A stretch of 64,000 nt of DNA, taken from contig OX597826.1 of the NCBI GenBank assembly GCA_951406725.2, positions 71,610,001 through 71,674,000 on the forward strand, read 5' to 3'. Position numbers and translations under genes: made by a program. Positions within the stretch are counted from its first letter, which is position 1. Each line of letters begins with the position of its first letter. This stretch comes from Octopus vulgaris. Taxonomy: Eukaryota. Shown in pieces: positions 13,147-26,823 of the stretch. The notes beneath the pieces are model-generated. The model was given only the letters and a program-made list of their open reading frames with translations. It had not been told where the DNA came from and did no database searches.

Positions 13147-15447
13147 TTAATGTCCATTTAATGTCCACATTCTCTGCAGGTATAGGTTGGATGGTTTGAC
13201 AAGATCCGATGCATCCAAGGACTACATCATGCACTAATGTCTGCTTTGGCATGGTTTCTACACCTTGATGCCCTTCCTAACATCAACCACTTTACAGAGT
13301 GTAGTGGGCACTATTTTCATGGCACCAACACTAATGAGGTTGCCGTGTAACTTGCTAGACAGAAAAAAAACAGCACGAAAAGGTAAAGGAACAAGCTGCC
13401 ACCCCTAAGAGGAAGGATTTGGCTAATTTAAAAGTGCTACGTAATTCAAAAATGGGCCACTATGATTATTTATTGGTGTTCTGAAATAACAAATGCGAAG
13501 GAGAATAATGCTATTTACAAGTCACACACACACACACAAAAAAAAAGACTAGAACTCAGAAATGCTACCTGGGTTCAAGGTTTTGTGAAATGAAGTGAAA
13601 CAACTTGGTAGGACGTTTAGAGTGAGACAGGGTGGCCAGAGCATGGACGTAACATGTAAAAGTAGAGGTTGTGCAAGATATCGGAGGTTTAGCAGTAATA
13701 AATGTTGACAGAAGTTTAAAAGAGACACAAGGCAACAGGTTTTACAGGTCTTACAAACTAGTAGGGGTTTGTAAGAGGCTACACACTTTCTGATACACAT
13801 ATGGTAGAGGAAATTTTTATGATCATAAGATTGTGGTTTCAATTCCCAGTCCAGGCGATGCACTGTGTTCTTGAGCAGAAGACTTCACTCCTCATTTTTG
13901 CCAGTCCATTCAGCTGGCAAAAATGAGGAATCCAGCAATGGACCGACATCCCATCCAGTGGATAAATATATATACACTATAGAAACTAGTCCTCATGTGT
14001 CCATAGGGCCCGAGAAGGATGCTTTATTTTTTATTTATGCATTTGTATCTAGCATGCAGAACAATGTCTCGAGATATTTTCCTACCGGTATTCGCAATGT
14101 TGAAGTTTAAGCCCCTCATTAGAATACTGCTCAACCACATTTTGGACTCTTTAACCTTTTAATCAGAACACTTTACTTCCATGAATTTGATACTGACCCT
14201 TTAAGCCACAGATCAATGCAAACCCGTGGTTCACAACCATTTTTTACCTACAGACTTTCTTCGTTACAGCTTTATTCTGGTGAACCCCAGTAGCCATTTG
14301 ATGTTTATAAAAGCTAATTTTGCACATTCCCATTTTCAAAATTCCTATTTTGCTCATCGCACGTTAACCTACATAGGCTGAACTATGCAAAACATTAAAG
14401 AAATAAACCTAGCTGTTTCTTACAATTTTATTTATTTATGCGCCCTTTTCAAGCCTAGCCAGGCTCATGGGCCCAGTTTCCCGGTTTCTGTTACGTATGT
14501 GTTCTCCCCAGCCAGTCCATCATAGCATTACTCAAGAAACAGGAAGAGTGAGAGAAAGTTGGGGCAAAAGAGTACAACAGGGGTCACCACTAACCCCTGC
14601 TGGAGCCTCTTGAAGCTTTAGGTGTTTTCGCTCAATAAACACACACTGGGAATCAAAACCTCGATCCTCCGACCGCGAGTCCACTGCCCTAACCACTGGG
14701 CCATTACATTTCTTACAATACGCACATTTAAACCAAAACATTATATGGACCAATAAAATACTATTGTGGACCCTAAATTTATTATTTTGTTAGCATGAAC
14801 CCCCAAAAATCTTATATGAACCCCAAGTGAAAACCACTGATGTTAACTATAAACTGGACAAAATATTTCTGATAGAAATGGAAACTTCATAAGACACATC
14901 ACCGAAGACTGAGTTTTTGAATTTCCTTATACCACATTCCTGGCATTCTTTTTAAGACGTTCCTTAACTGTAGTTTCTCTCACAAAACAGGAAAAAACAT
15001 TCTTAGAGGAATCGACCAAGAGAAATGGAGTTTAGTTGTTGATATTTATAATTTGGTTCAGATAATGTTTATTTTAAATTTCATGCTGCTTTAAACTTCC
15101 TAATTATGGAAATTAATTGTTTCAAGGTAATTATTTCCCCAAATTTTTGAAACATATACCACTCCCGTTGCTGCTGCTAAATATTTCATAATAAACTAAA
15201 AAAAATTCAAGAACCATACCCTTTTAGATATTTTTCCCATAAGTTTTATTATCGTCCTAATAGTCTGAGGAGATAAGAGACTGTGTGTTTTGTGTTTTAA
15301 TAAAATCTATTGTTTATCCTATTTCTATGTACTGCCATCTGTTTTCATGAGTGTGTGCGTATGTGTGTGTATGAACATTTAATGTGGCTTTAGGGTTAGG
15401 TTTTGACTACTATTTCAGTGTGGTGGTATCTCTCAGATACCCTAATT

Positions 15448-15522
<75 letters not shown>

Positions 15523-15681
15523 CCATTTCTCTGCAGACTGAAAAAATTATATATATATATATATAAAAGCAATAAAGATTCAAGTTAATTTAAATGAATT
15601 TACTTGAATATGGTACCTAACTTAGATGCACCAAAAAAAACTATACTGTTTTAACAATACAATAATGTGGGGTGATTATAA

Positions 15682-15878
15682 GCGAGAAAGAAGCAACAAG
15701 AATGGATAGGTTTTTAGTACAATCGTTTCATACAAGGACAGGCTTTATTAAAAGTTTTATTAAAAGTTTTATTAAAAGTTTACAACTTTTTTACAATTTT
15801 TACAACTTTTAATAAAGCCTGTCCTTGTATGAAACGATTGTACTAAAAACCTATCCATTCTTGTTGCTTCTTTCTCGC
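15682..15878. repeat. Perfect 75-bp inverted repeat with 47-bp spacer
   Basis: Arms at 15682-15756 and 15804-15878. Confidence 0.9.
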
Positions 15879-18284
15879 GTATATATATATATATATATAT
15901 ATATACATACACACACACACATACATATAAACACAAATGTACATATTTTCACACATATATACATAGAAATACACATATGCTCATATTTACACACACATTA
16001 TCACCAGTTTGTCTATCTCGATAATTGCCTTACATGCATTACACACACATATACAATTATACATACATGCACACACATTCCTAGTTAGTTCACATTACCT
16101 TGTGAACTAAAAGTAATAAAAGGAGTTTCATAAATATGCTAACCTACTGGTATCATCATCATCATCGTTTAACATCCGCTTTCCATGCTGGCATGGGTTG
16201 GAAGATTTGACTGGGGACTGGCAAGCCAGAAGGCTGCACCAGGCTCCAATCTGATTTGGCAAGGTTTCTACAGTTGGATGCCCTTCCTAACATCCAACTG
16301 TAGTGTAGTGGGTGCTTTCCTAACATCCAACTAAGTGTAGTGGGTGCTTTTTACATGCCACCAGCACAGGACCCAGTCAGGTGGTATTGGCATCAACCAT
16401 GCTTGAATGGTGCTTTTTATGTGCCACTGAGACAGGAGCCAGTCAGGCGGCACTGGCAACGACCACACTTGAATGGTGCTTTTTATGTGCCTTTATTATA
16501 AAATTATTATTATTATAATTATTATTAATGATGATGATGATGATTATTAATTTTATGTCTACTTTTCCATGCTGGTAAATGCTTTATGTAATGTTTTATG
16601 ACCAGATGCCCTTCTTATTGGCAACCTTCGTAGGACACACAGAGACACAACATACCTATTCTAAAGCCAAATTGTATTTATTGCCAACATACTTTTAGAC
16701 TGAATGTGCACACCATGTTCTCTTCTATTTCTCTACGAGATGAAGAAGAATTTGCTTTCTATCAAAAACCCCATCTGACATACCAAGTTGGGTCAGCAGT
16801 ATAACAGATCCTCCTCTTTCATCCTCTGCAGCTTTTAATTTCAAGTTTCACCAGCTGCTGGTATTTAAGTACCCAAAAGTAGTCAGTCTATTGCAAGCTC
16901 ACCACTCAAAAGAATTCATACACCCCACGCAAAACCCTCCCAGTATCCTTACAAGCATTGTGGAGAGGTATGAGCAATAGTGAAAGAAACCCACTCTAGG
17001 GAGCAGCAGTAACTCTGAATAAGCATGGTTTGTGAAAAAGCTCGCTGGCAACCATGTGGTTTCAGGTTCAGTCCCACTTTATAGAACCTTCTCCTACTAT
17101 AGCCTCAGACCAACCAGTGACTTGAAGAGTGAAACTGATAAATGGAAACTGTATGGAACCCCATCAGTGTCATGTGTGTGTGTTTCTTTATGTTTGTGCT
17201 TGTAACTCACCCCTGCTTGACAACTGGTGTCAGCTTCTTTACATCCCCTCGACTTAGTGGTGTGGCAAAAGAGACTGAGAGAATAATAACCAAACTTAAA
17301 ATAAGTCCTGGGATTCATTTGTTTGACTAAACCCTTCAAAATAGTGTCTCAATATGGTTGCAGTTGAATGAATGAAACAAAGATACAAAAAAAAAAAAAA
17401 AAGAGAGAGAGATGTGAACCCCGTAAGCCACAATACAGTCAACCTGTCTAAAAGAGTAGTAAGCCTGAATAAAAACAGACACAGTGTAGAGAATATGCTT
17501 TAGTCTTGACAGACCACTGTAGTGTGGAAGCATAAAATGCTCATACTCATCATCATCATCATCGTTTACCGTCTGCTTTCCATGCTAGCATGGGTTGGAC
17601 GATTTTGACTGAGGACTGGTGAACCAGATGGCTGCACCAGGCTCCAATCTACAGCTGGATGCCCTTCCTAATGCCAACCACTCCGAGAGTGTAGTGGGTG
17701 CTTTTTACGTGTCACAGGCATGGAGGCCAGTCAGGCGACGCTGGTAACGATCACACTCGAATGGTGCCCTTTTATGTGCCATTGGCATGGAAGCCAGTTA
17801 GCCGCTCTGTCAACAATCACGCTCATGTGGTGCTCTTTGCACCTCGCTGGTACGGATGCCAGTCATCAAATGAGATTTTGATTTCACTTGCACCAACAGG
17901 TCTTCGCAAGCAGAGTTTAGTGTCCAAGGAAGGAAAAGGTACGCATAAGCGGGCTGGTTACGCTCCTGGCGTGGGCCACAGATTATTGTCTCATTTGGCT
18001 TGCCGGGTCTTCGCAAGGTCATTGGTGACAGGAAGAGCATCCAGCCATTAAAATCATACCAAAATCATACAGTTCTAAATAGATGAGAAACCTTAATTAC
18101 ATATACAGGACTAAACTTACCATGTTAGAGTCATTCATGGTAGTGGAGTTATCAAGTAGGAACATCCAGGTGGGAGAATCCTTAGACTGCCATCAAACAA
18201 TTGCAATTAACTCTCTTCTTTTTAGAAGCAAAAAGGCAATTTAAAACAATCCAACACTAGCAGAAATTCCCACTTCATATCAGA

Positions 18285-18900
18285 TACAGAATTTCAGACA
18301 AGTCACCATCAACAATGGCATGATGGAAAATAGATGTGAAGAGATTATAAAGATACTAGAGTAGAGGTGAGTAGATGTATGTTGTTTACAAGAAATAAGA
18401 TGGAGGGGAGCCGAATGCACATTCCAAACAGGTAAAGAATACAGGTACAAGTTCTTCAGGGAGGGTAACAGAATTTGGCAGAATAAGCATAGTGTTGCAA
18501 GTGAAAAGGATAAATTAACTGAAGTTGACAACAGGGACACAATAATTAAGTTGAAACTGATCATGAGCAACACATCAAAAACAAATATCTTAGTATATAC
18601 ACACCACAATTAGAATGACAGATAAGCAAAAGGACCATTTCTATCAAAGCCTTCTGTAAACTACCAAGGTAAAGATAGCAACTTCACGGTCATAACTAAT
18701 GAGTTTATTGGATATACTAAGAGATACCATGCTCATTGCCATGACATACAACAAGGCTTGTGAATACAATATAAGGAGGGCTCAATACTTTTGGAGGTCT
18801 TTGATGCAAATGATGTAACATTTGCATCAAAGACGATTAAGAGATCAAACCAACAGAAACAAAGTAATGATATAAATATTCTAAAAACGATTTAATCTCT
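18285..18900 (+). mobile_element. Decayed RTE-type endonuclease fragment
   Basis: VDVCCLQEIRWRGA...YKFF in a broken frame. Confidence 0.7.
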
Positions 18901-19019
18901 AAAAATAGTGTTAACAGTCAGAAAACGATTATAATCGATTAATGGAGTGGTTAGGACTCATGCAATGAAGTAATATAGGTTCCAGTCATTCACAGGGTTA
19001 ACATGTACAGAAGCAGGAA

Positions 19020-19340
19020 GGCGCATGGCCTATTGATTAGGATATTTGGCTCAAGATCTTAAGGCCATGAGTTCAATTCCTAGTGGTGCGCTGCGTCTTT
19101 CAGCAAGATACTTTATGTCAAGTTGCTCCAGGCCACCCAGCGAGCAAAAATGAATAGTACCTGCATTTCAAAGGGTCGACCGCGTCACATTCGGTGTCAC
19201 GCTGAATTCTCCCCCAGATCTGCGTTAAGGGTACGCGTGTCTACGGAGTGCTCAGACACTTGGGCGTTAGTTCCACGAGCTGGCTGATCCGTTGATCGAA
19301 CCAGCTGGGACACACGTCTTCATAACTGACGGAGTGCCGG
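19020..19340 (+). mobile_element. tRNA-derived SINE family E (ttgagcaagacact...ccactcagc...aaatgagt-type core)
   Basis: A and B boxes followed by a conserved core. Related copies at about 13820-13990, 25460-25670 and 63876-64000. Confidence 0.7.
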
Positions 19341-19631
19341 CATTTTGTTTTGTTCTTTTTGTAGCAGTGGATAGGTGGTTAGTACATATAAAGGTTTAAA
19401 TCTGCAATTACATATTGAACAATGACAATGAAGAAATAGCTTCACCAAATAACTATTATTTATACCCCTGTAAGGTGATCATTCATACAATATTTTTCTT
19501 ATATATTCTGCTGAATTATATTATTACATCTTTATGAGCTTACGGACATGAAGGAGAAACGTATTTCTTCAACCACGGCTAAGTTACCTCCCTTGAAAAT
19601 TTCTAAATTACTTCCCTTGAACGTAATTAAA

Positions 19632-20025
19632 TCTCTTTATATATAAAGCTGAAGTTGTCTATGTATGGCAGGTTTGGTAGCCTTCAACTAACACTATCTC
19701 CTCCGAGACCCTGCGGCGCAAGTTGACCAAAATTGAGAGTATGATAGAAGAAGGCTTGATCTTCCTTCCGTAGAAGATAAAATTCAAATCAGACCATGTT
19801 AAGACCAAAAATTATTTACATCAAAAAGGTGCATTTTTTCTATGAAAATCCCTATTTTTTGTACGATTTTTTGACTGCTGTTTCGCCATTTTTCGGTGTA
19901 TTTCAATCAGAAAAATGTTCACTTAAAGAGAATAACAAGCTACATAATGCAAAATTTTTACTTTTCAAAAATTCCAATTCTAAAGGGTCGAAACAAACCC
20001 GAGCAACGCCGGGCGATACTGCTAG
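19632..20025 (+). mobile_element. Non-autonomous Helitron
   Basis: 5' A|TCTCTTTATATATAAAGCTGAAG, subterminal GC-rich hairpin cccgagcaacgccggg, 3' CTAG|T, no TSD. Confidence 0.8.
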
Positions 20026-20312
20026 TTTATATATATTGGTGCCTGGACTGCAAACATAAAACTAGAAATATATAATAAACACACAGAGGCAATCATCTAA
20101 GAACTGCTAACAATGGAACAAAGCCACAAACGTTTGTGAAGGAATGTAATTGACTGAATCTACTAAGTACTTCACTGATATTTATTTTATCAATCTTACA
20201 TTGATGAAAGACAAAGAAGGCTCCAGCAGGATTTGAACTCAAAACGTAGAGATAAAACTAAGTTGACTAATGGACTAAAGTATTTACATGGCTGATCTAA
20301 CGTTCAGCCCTA

Positions 20313-20632
20313 TAATAATAATAATAAATACATAATAATAATAATAAATAATAAATAATAATAATAATAAATAATAATAATAATAATAAATAATAATAAT
20401 AATAAATAATAATAATAAATAATAATAATAATAATAAATAATAATAATAAATAATAATAATAATAAATAATAATAATAATAAATAATAATAATAATAAAA
20501 AATAATAATAATAAAAAATAATAAATACATAATAATAATAATAATAAATAATAATATTAATAATAAATAATAATAAATAATAATAATAATAAAAAATAAT
20601 AATAATAATAAAAAATAATAATAATAATAAAA

Positions 20633-20671
<39 letters not shown>
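20313..20671. repeat. (AAT)n/(AAAT) microsatellite
   Basis: Seen directly; source of the spurious I/Y/L-rich ORF. Confidence 0.95.
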
Positions 20672-20672
<1 letters not shown>

Positions 20673-20958
20673 TTCCTTTCTACTAAAGGCACAAGGCCTG
20701 AAATTTGGGGGAGAAGGGAATGAGTCGGTAACATCAACCCCAGTGCTTCACTTGTACTTATTTTATCGACTCCGAGTGGATGAAAAGCAAAGTCGACCCC
20801 CAGCATAATTTGAACTAAGAACGTAAGGACGGACGAAATGCCGCTAAGCATTTTGCCCAGCGCACTAACGATTCTGCCAGCTTGCCCTCTTAACAACAAC
20901 AACAATAATAATAATTTCACATTTTGGCTCAAGGGCAGCCATTTGGGGGGAGAGGATG

Positions 20959-21395
20959 AGTTAGTTAGTTAATTTCTTGGCTCAAAAAGCAAAAAGCAAG
21001 GCCATGTAGGGGGACATGGAGTTATGTACAGAGTGGTGTTCATGTAAAGAGTTCACGCCACTTGTGGTCAAGGGAGACTTTGAACCGAGCGGTCGTCGGC
21101 ATCTTCACCATCTCATCCGGCAGCTTATTCCACGGATCCGCAACCCGGACGGAGAAAGCCCCTCTCCTTCGATTGAGATGAAATCGTCGCAAATAGAGCT
21201 TTTTGGAATGACCCCGCAGCCGATGCTCTGGAGCAGGAGTGAAGAACAGCTCTTTCGAGAGGTTACACTTTCTGCTTATGATGTTGTGAGCAAGAATGAG
21301 ATCACCACAGCGGCGGCGTTTTTCTAGAGAATAAAGGTCGAGCGTCTTCAGCCTTTCTTCATAAGACAAATTCTTGAGACCAGTTGGTTTCACTG
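20959..21395 (-). mobile_element. CR1/L2-group LINE 3' fragment
   Basis: ORF 21040-21393 with LSYEERLKTLDLYSLEKRR..GDLI, LRGHSKKL and FSVRVADPWNKLP; (AACT)n tail. Confidence 0.88.
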
Positions 21396-21692
21396 GTAAT
21401 TATTTTATCGAACCCACTCTAGCAAAGAGTTATTATTGTTGGAGACATGTCCAAGTGTAGGATGTTGGTCTGGGATTTTTTGAAGAAATTTGTCCAGTGA
21501 ACATTTGAATTTTATGACAGCACAGAGTCAAGACTATTGAAAAGGTTGCAAGACGCAACAAAAATTTTAGGAAAATAAAAATAAGAAATAAGTGGAAATT
21601 TTACCGGTGAGTGTGTTACATTATAAGGCACAAAAAAAAAAATGACTCTACACACAAACTCATATAAAGAATCTTGCAAACCAAATCCAAAA

Positions 21693-21736
<44 letters not shown>

Positions 21737-22028
21737 TACATACAGCGTGTAAGTCTTCTATTGCCAAATAAATATTTATAAGATGGTATAAGACTACAAA
21801 AGAATATATTAGACTTTACAAGACTTTAAAAACTTTATAGGTGGTGTTGAAAATGTCGTCTATCATTTTCAATACATAAGTTGACTTTTCTGCACATGTT
21901 TTGAAATACATCTCGGAGAGTCAGGATGAAAAAAATTGACTATGGAGAGACTTTTTGAACACCCTGTGTGTGTGTATACATATATATAGAGAGAGAGATA
22001 GAGAGATGTGTGTGTGTATGTATGTATG

Positions 22029-22072
<44 letters not shown>

Positions 22073-22377
22073 CCTCAGGCCGACCAAAGCCTTGTGAGTG
22101 GGTTTCTTACATGGAAACTGAAAGAAGACTGGTGTGTGTGTGTGTTTGTGTTTGTTCCACCATTGCTTGACAACCGATGTTGCTGTGTTTATATTCCCAT
22201 AACTTAGTGGTTCTGTAAAAAACACTGATAGAATAAGTACTAGGCTTACAAAGAATAAATCGATTTGTTCGACAAGCAGCAGTGCTCCAACATGGCCACA
22301 GCCACATTACTGAAACAAGTAAAACGATAAAAAACTATGGCATTTTAATCCTGAGCAAGGCAGTGTGTCTCTGCTAG

Positions 22378-22783
<406 letters not shown>

Positions 22784-23437
22784 AGCTTCCACAGAGTTTC
22801 TGCCTATCAGATTCACTTTGAAGGCACTTACTTACAAAGGTTGGCCAGAAGCTACAACAGAAGGGCTCACAGTGCCATGCAGTGGGACTGAACTTGAAGC
22901 CATACAGTCACAAAGCAAGCTTCATAACCACATGGCCACGCCTGTCTATATACAGATTGTGGAACTACAAAAAGTATTTTTTTTCAAATTCCCAACAACT
23001 TATGCAGAAGAATGCAACTATTAAGACAATGAATAAAAGACAGTAAGTACAGAAATGCACATACTGACATATACGTACACGTGTGCCTAGGGGGGTGGAG
23101 GGATGAAGTGAAAAATGCATTTGGAACCTTTAAGAACCGGTTTCACAATTTCATGATTTTCAAAAATAGTTTGAGATAGGGTTTTGACATTGCTGCTGTG
23201 GCTGGGTGCCCATGAATTTATGTGAACATAGAAAGCATAATGAAACGAAAGTTTAAGAAAAACCTAAATTAAAACTAGTGGCAAGGATGGAAGCTGTGAA
23301 ATAAATGCTACAAATGTAAAAGCATTAAAACAGGCAGTAAGGACCGGGCAGTGGGGGGATCTACATTTGAGTGTCTCACCCAAATAGCCCCGGTTATAAC
23401 TACTTCAGCAGGCACCTTATATATATATATATATATA

Positions 23438-23749
23438 TCACTGTGATCACCGTGACCGACCAGGCTATCAGATGTTGTTACACATCGCTGGTCACAATGC
23501 GCTTCGCATTGTTTTAGGCTTCAAATGACGCCACCCCGCTGGCTAAGCGAGCAGGCTAACAGAAGAAAGAGTGAGAGAAAGTTGTGGCGAAAGAGTACAG
23601 CAGGGATCGCCACCACCTCCTGCCGGAGCCTTGTGGAGAATTAGGTGTTTTCGCTCAATAAACACTCACAACGCCCGGTCTGGGAATCGAAAACCGCGAT
23701 CCTACGACCGCGAATCCGCTGCCCTAACCACTGGGCCATTGCGCCTCCA
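23438..23749 (-). mobile_element. tRNA-derived SINE family D
   Basis: Minus-strand head GGAGGCGCAATGGCCCAGTGGTTAGGGCAGCGG...TTCGATTCCCAGACC. Second copy at about 14440-14706. Confidence 0.8.
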
Positions 23750-24797
23750 CATATATATATATATAATACAAATAAGAAAAATGGAGAATTATGAAGAAAT
23801 AAAGGAACTTACTAGGAATACTTTTAAATCAAGAAAGGATCTTATATCTATTGAATTATGTAATATTTTTGTATGCTTTTGATGTTCTCATTTGTAAAAT
23901 GAATAAATAATCCAACAATATAATATCCATAAGTTGATGAACAAACTAAATTTGTTTCTCCATTTTCTTATTTGTATATATATATTTACGGTAAAATATC
24001 TCTTTACCTTCACCCATTTAATACAATAAATGACTTAATTGCATGGTAATTAAAAACATTTATGTATTAAGAATCTGGGTACTTTAAATGATATCCCATA
24101 GTGGGTTACACCCATAACCCCTATCTTACTTTGTACTATATATATATATATATACATAATATAAATAATATATAAATATATGCATATATACATACATATA
24201 TGTACATACCTACATCTATATGTATATATACATGCATATACGGGTACAGGGCATCAAATGAGAAACAAACTCTTTTTTCAAACAACAAAAAAAACAGAGT
24301 ACAAGACATACAACACAAGGAATATCCCCCTTCTTCAGTTGTCCCTGTTTCGTCTACTCCGCGTTTCGAAGGTAAGGACAACACGCGACTTCGTTGAAAC
24401 AGTCCTTCCCGCAAAGTATATTAAATAAAATTTGGGATTTTTTGCAGAGGGGTAAAAGTGGTAACAAGAACAGGACAGTAAAAACAAAACAAATAAAAAC
24501 AGTAAAAGACAGGACAAAGAGAATAACACGTTAAAAACAAACGATGAGGTCTGTTTAACCAAGACGATGGAAAAATTATTTTGAACACGTTAAGGAGACA
24601 GCCTATGAGAGGGACAGAATAAGCCGTCTTGACTCAGTGAAGATAGCAGTTGGAAAGATGACTTCCTTCTGGTCACGAGTCTGGGACAAGAGAGGGAATG
24701 GTGAAGGGGAGAGAAAAGCAGAAAGGATGAAGAACAAGAGAGGGAGAGAGATAGACAGAGGAGAAATAGTAAAAGTTGAAGAGTGGCATAATTATTA

Positions 24798-24829
<32 letters not shown>

Positions 24830-25166
24830 CGGAAGAATTCACAAAAAAAAAACAAAAGATGAAGACAGAAGTATGTGTATATACACACACACAAGCATTA
24901 TATTAGTGGTATATAATTTTCCATGATACACCCAATATTCATTAACTCAATAAAACATGTTAGGAAATGGCATTCATAACGAATATAAAGTGAGGGAGGG
25001 GAGTTAATTCTTCGTTAGTCTTAATTTCAGAACTGGTAACATAGCACTCCTTAGGGACTGGGAAGAAATATTCGCTACACACATCATACATACAAAACTA
25101 CATGTATATGCACACATACCTACACATCTGTATAAGCATACAACTAAATACTCTGAGTCTACTTAC

Positions 25167-25253
25167 ATGCCTCCTTTTATCGAAAGTTTCATAGTAGAGT
25201 TTATGAAATTCTTCACCAGCAGTGCAAGCTTGGTCAATTTTGGTTTTCAGTTC
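25167..25253 (-). CDS. NXT2: NXT (NTF2-related export protein, p15) coding exon 2
   Basis: 87-nt exon with acceptor ttttgttttaactttacag and donor GTAAGT. Translates [29 protein letters not shown], matching the NXT1/NXT2 N-terminus ([29 protein letters not shown], recalled). Confidence 0.9.
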
Positions 25254-26380
25254 CTGTAAAGTTAAAACAAAACTTTAGAAATGTTTAATTTTCACATAAA
25301 ACATATGACAACTTTCCCATCATATTGTTACTGATATTTTCTACACTCCAAAATTGTTTTGAAAATAATCAAGAATTGAAAGACGTATCATGAAATTGCT
25401 GGCTGTTGGAATAATATGGTCTAACGTAAAATTAGGTATGAACCTAATAGATGCAGGTGGGTGCACGTGGCTTAGTGGTTAAAGTGTTGGCCTCACAACT
25501 GTCAGATTGTGGTTTCAATTCCAGGACCAGGTGATGCGTTGTGTTCTTGAACAAAACACTTTATTTCAAGTTGCTCCAGTTCACTCAGCTGGTAAAAATG
25601 AGTATTCCTACAACCGAATGGCATCCCGTCCTGGGAGGAATACATACACCAAAGAAACCGGAAAACCAGCTACATGCTTCTCAGAGAGTAATGTACATTA
25701 ACGTAACAGGTGCAGGGGTGGTTGCATGTCTGAGAAGCTTGCTTCCCAACTGTGTGGCACATTCAGCGAGTGTCGCCGACACTAGCCCCAGGCTGACTAG
25801 AGACCTGTGAATGGATATTGTACATGGAGAATCAAAGAAGGTTGGTTGATTTGTATGTATGAAGGTAAGTATGTATGTGTGAATGTGCATGTATATGTGT
25901 CTGTGTGTACACTACCATACAACATTACATTATTAGACAAACCACATAGCTTAGTGGTTAGGGTAGAGTTTCTCAACCAGATACCCATGCCAGTGACACG
26001 TAAAAAGCACCATCCGAACGTGGCAGATGCCAGCGCCACCTGACTGGTGTCCGTGTCGGTGACACGTAAAAGCACCAACCGATCATAGCCGTTTGCCAGC
26101 CTGGTCTGGTCCCTGTGCCGGTGGCACGTAAAAAGCACTCACTACACTCACGGAGTGGTTGGCATTAGGAAGGACATCCAGCTGTAGAAACACTGCCAGA
26201 TCAGACTGGAGCCTGGTACAGCCTCCTGGCTTCTCAGACCCCGGTCGAACCGTCCAACCCATGCTAGCATGGAATATTGACGTTAAACGATGATGATGAA
26301 CTTAGTCACTATTAAAATGGTGTTTGAAACATAAATTAACGTAAAATTTTAATGGAACATTTTAATTTAGATCACTTTAA

Positions 26381-26823
26381 CCCTTTAGCATTCACATTAT
26401 TCTGTAAAGTGTAATGTTCATTTATCCACATTGGTTTGAATTAATCATGCATTATCTTGTAGCTTTGAGATTTTGATGAGGGAGCTGTTAATTTTTGAAA
26501 TGATATTGTAGGGTTGGTGTGAGAAACCAGACCAGCCAATTTGAACATAAAACAGGTAAAATATTTTGGCCAAATGTGGCCAGTTTAACCCTTTCGTTAC
26601 CAACCCGGCTGAAACCGGCTCTGGCTCTGAGTACAAATGTCTTGTTTTCATATGTTTTGAATTAAAATCTTTCACCAAACCTAAGTCACAATTAATGTTC
26701 CTAACACTAGATTAATGATAACGAAGTTATTTTGCTAAATTCTTTGTTATATTGAAAGTAATTAAAAGAAACAAAGAACAGCTCAAAATAAATACAGTAA
26801 CAAAAGGGTTAAATGCTAAATGG
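26381..26823. mobile_element. TTAA-flanked (piggyBac-like) MITE with a second TTAA MITE nested at 26589-26808
   Basis: Outer ends TTAA|ccctttagca...tgctaaatgg|TTAA. Inner ends TTAA|ccctttcgttac...gtaacaaaaggg|TTAA. Confidence 0.85.

Noticed and set aside
18121-18186. Minus-strand exon candidate with ATG|GTAAGT donor (SKDSPTWMFLLDNSTTMNDSNM); similar donor near 12080
   Set aside because: Weak acceptors and no homology. They could be UTR exons but this cannot be supported from sequence alone.
20297-20932. 211-aa hydrophobic ORF
   Set aside because: (AAT)n microsatellite plus SINE B read antisense.
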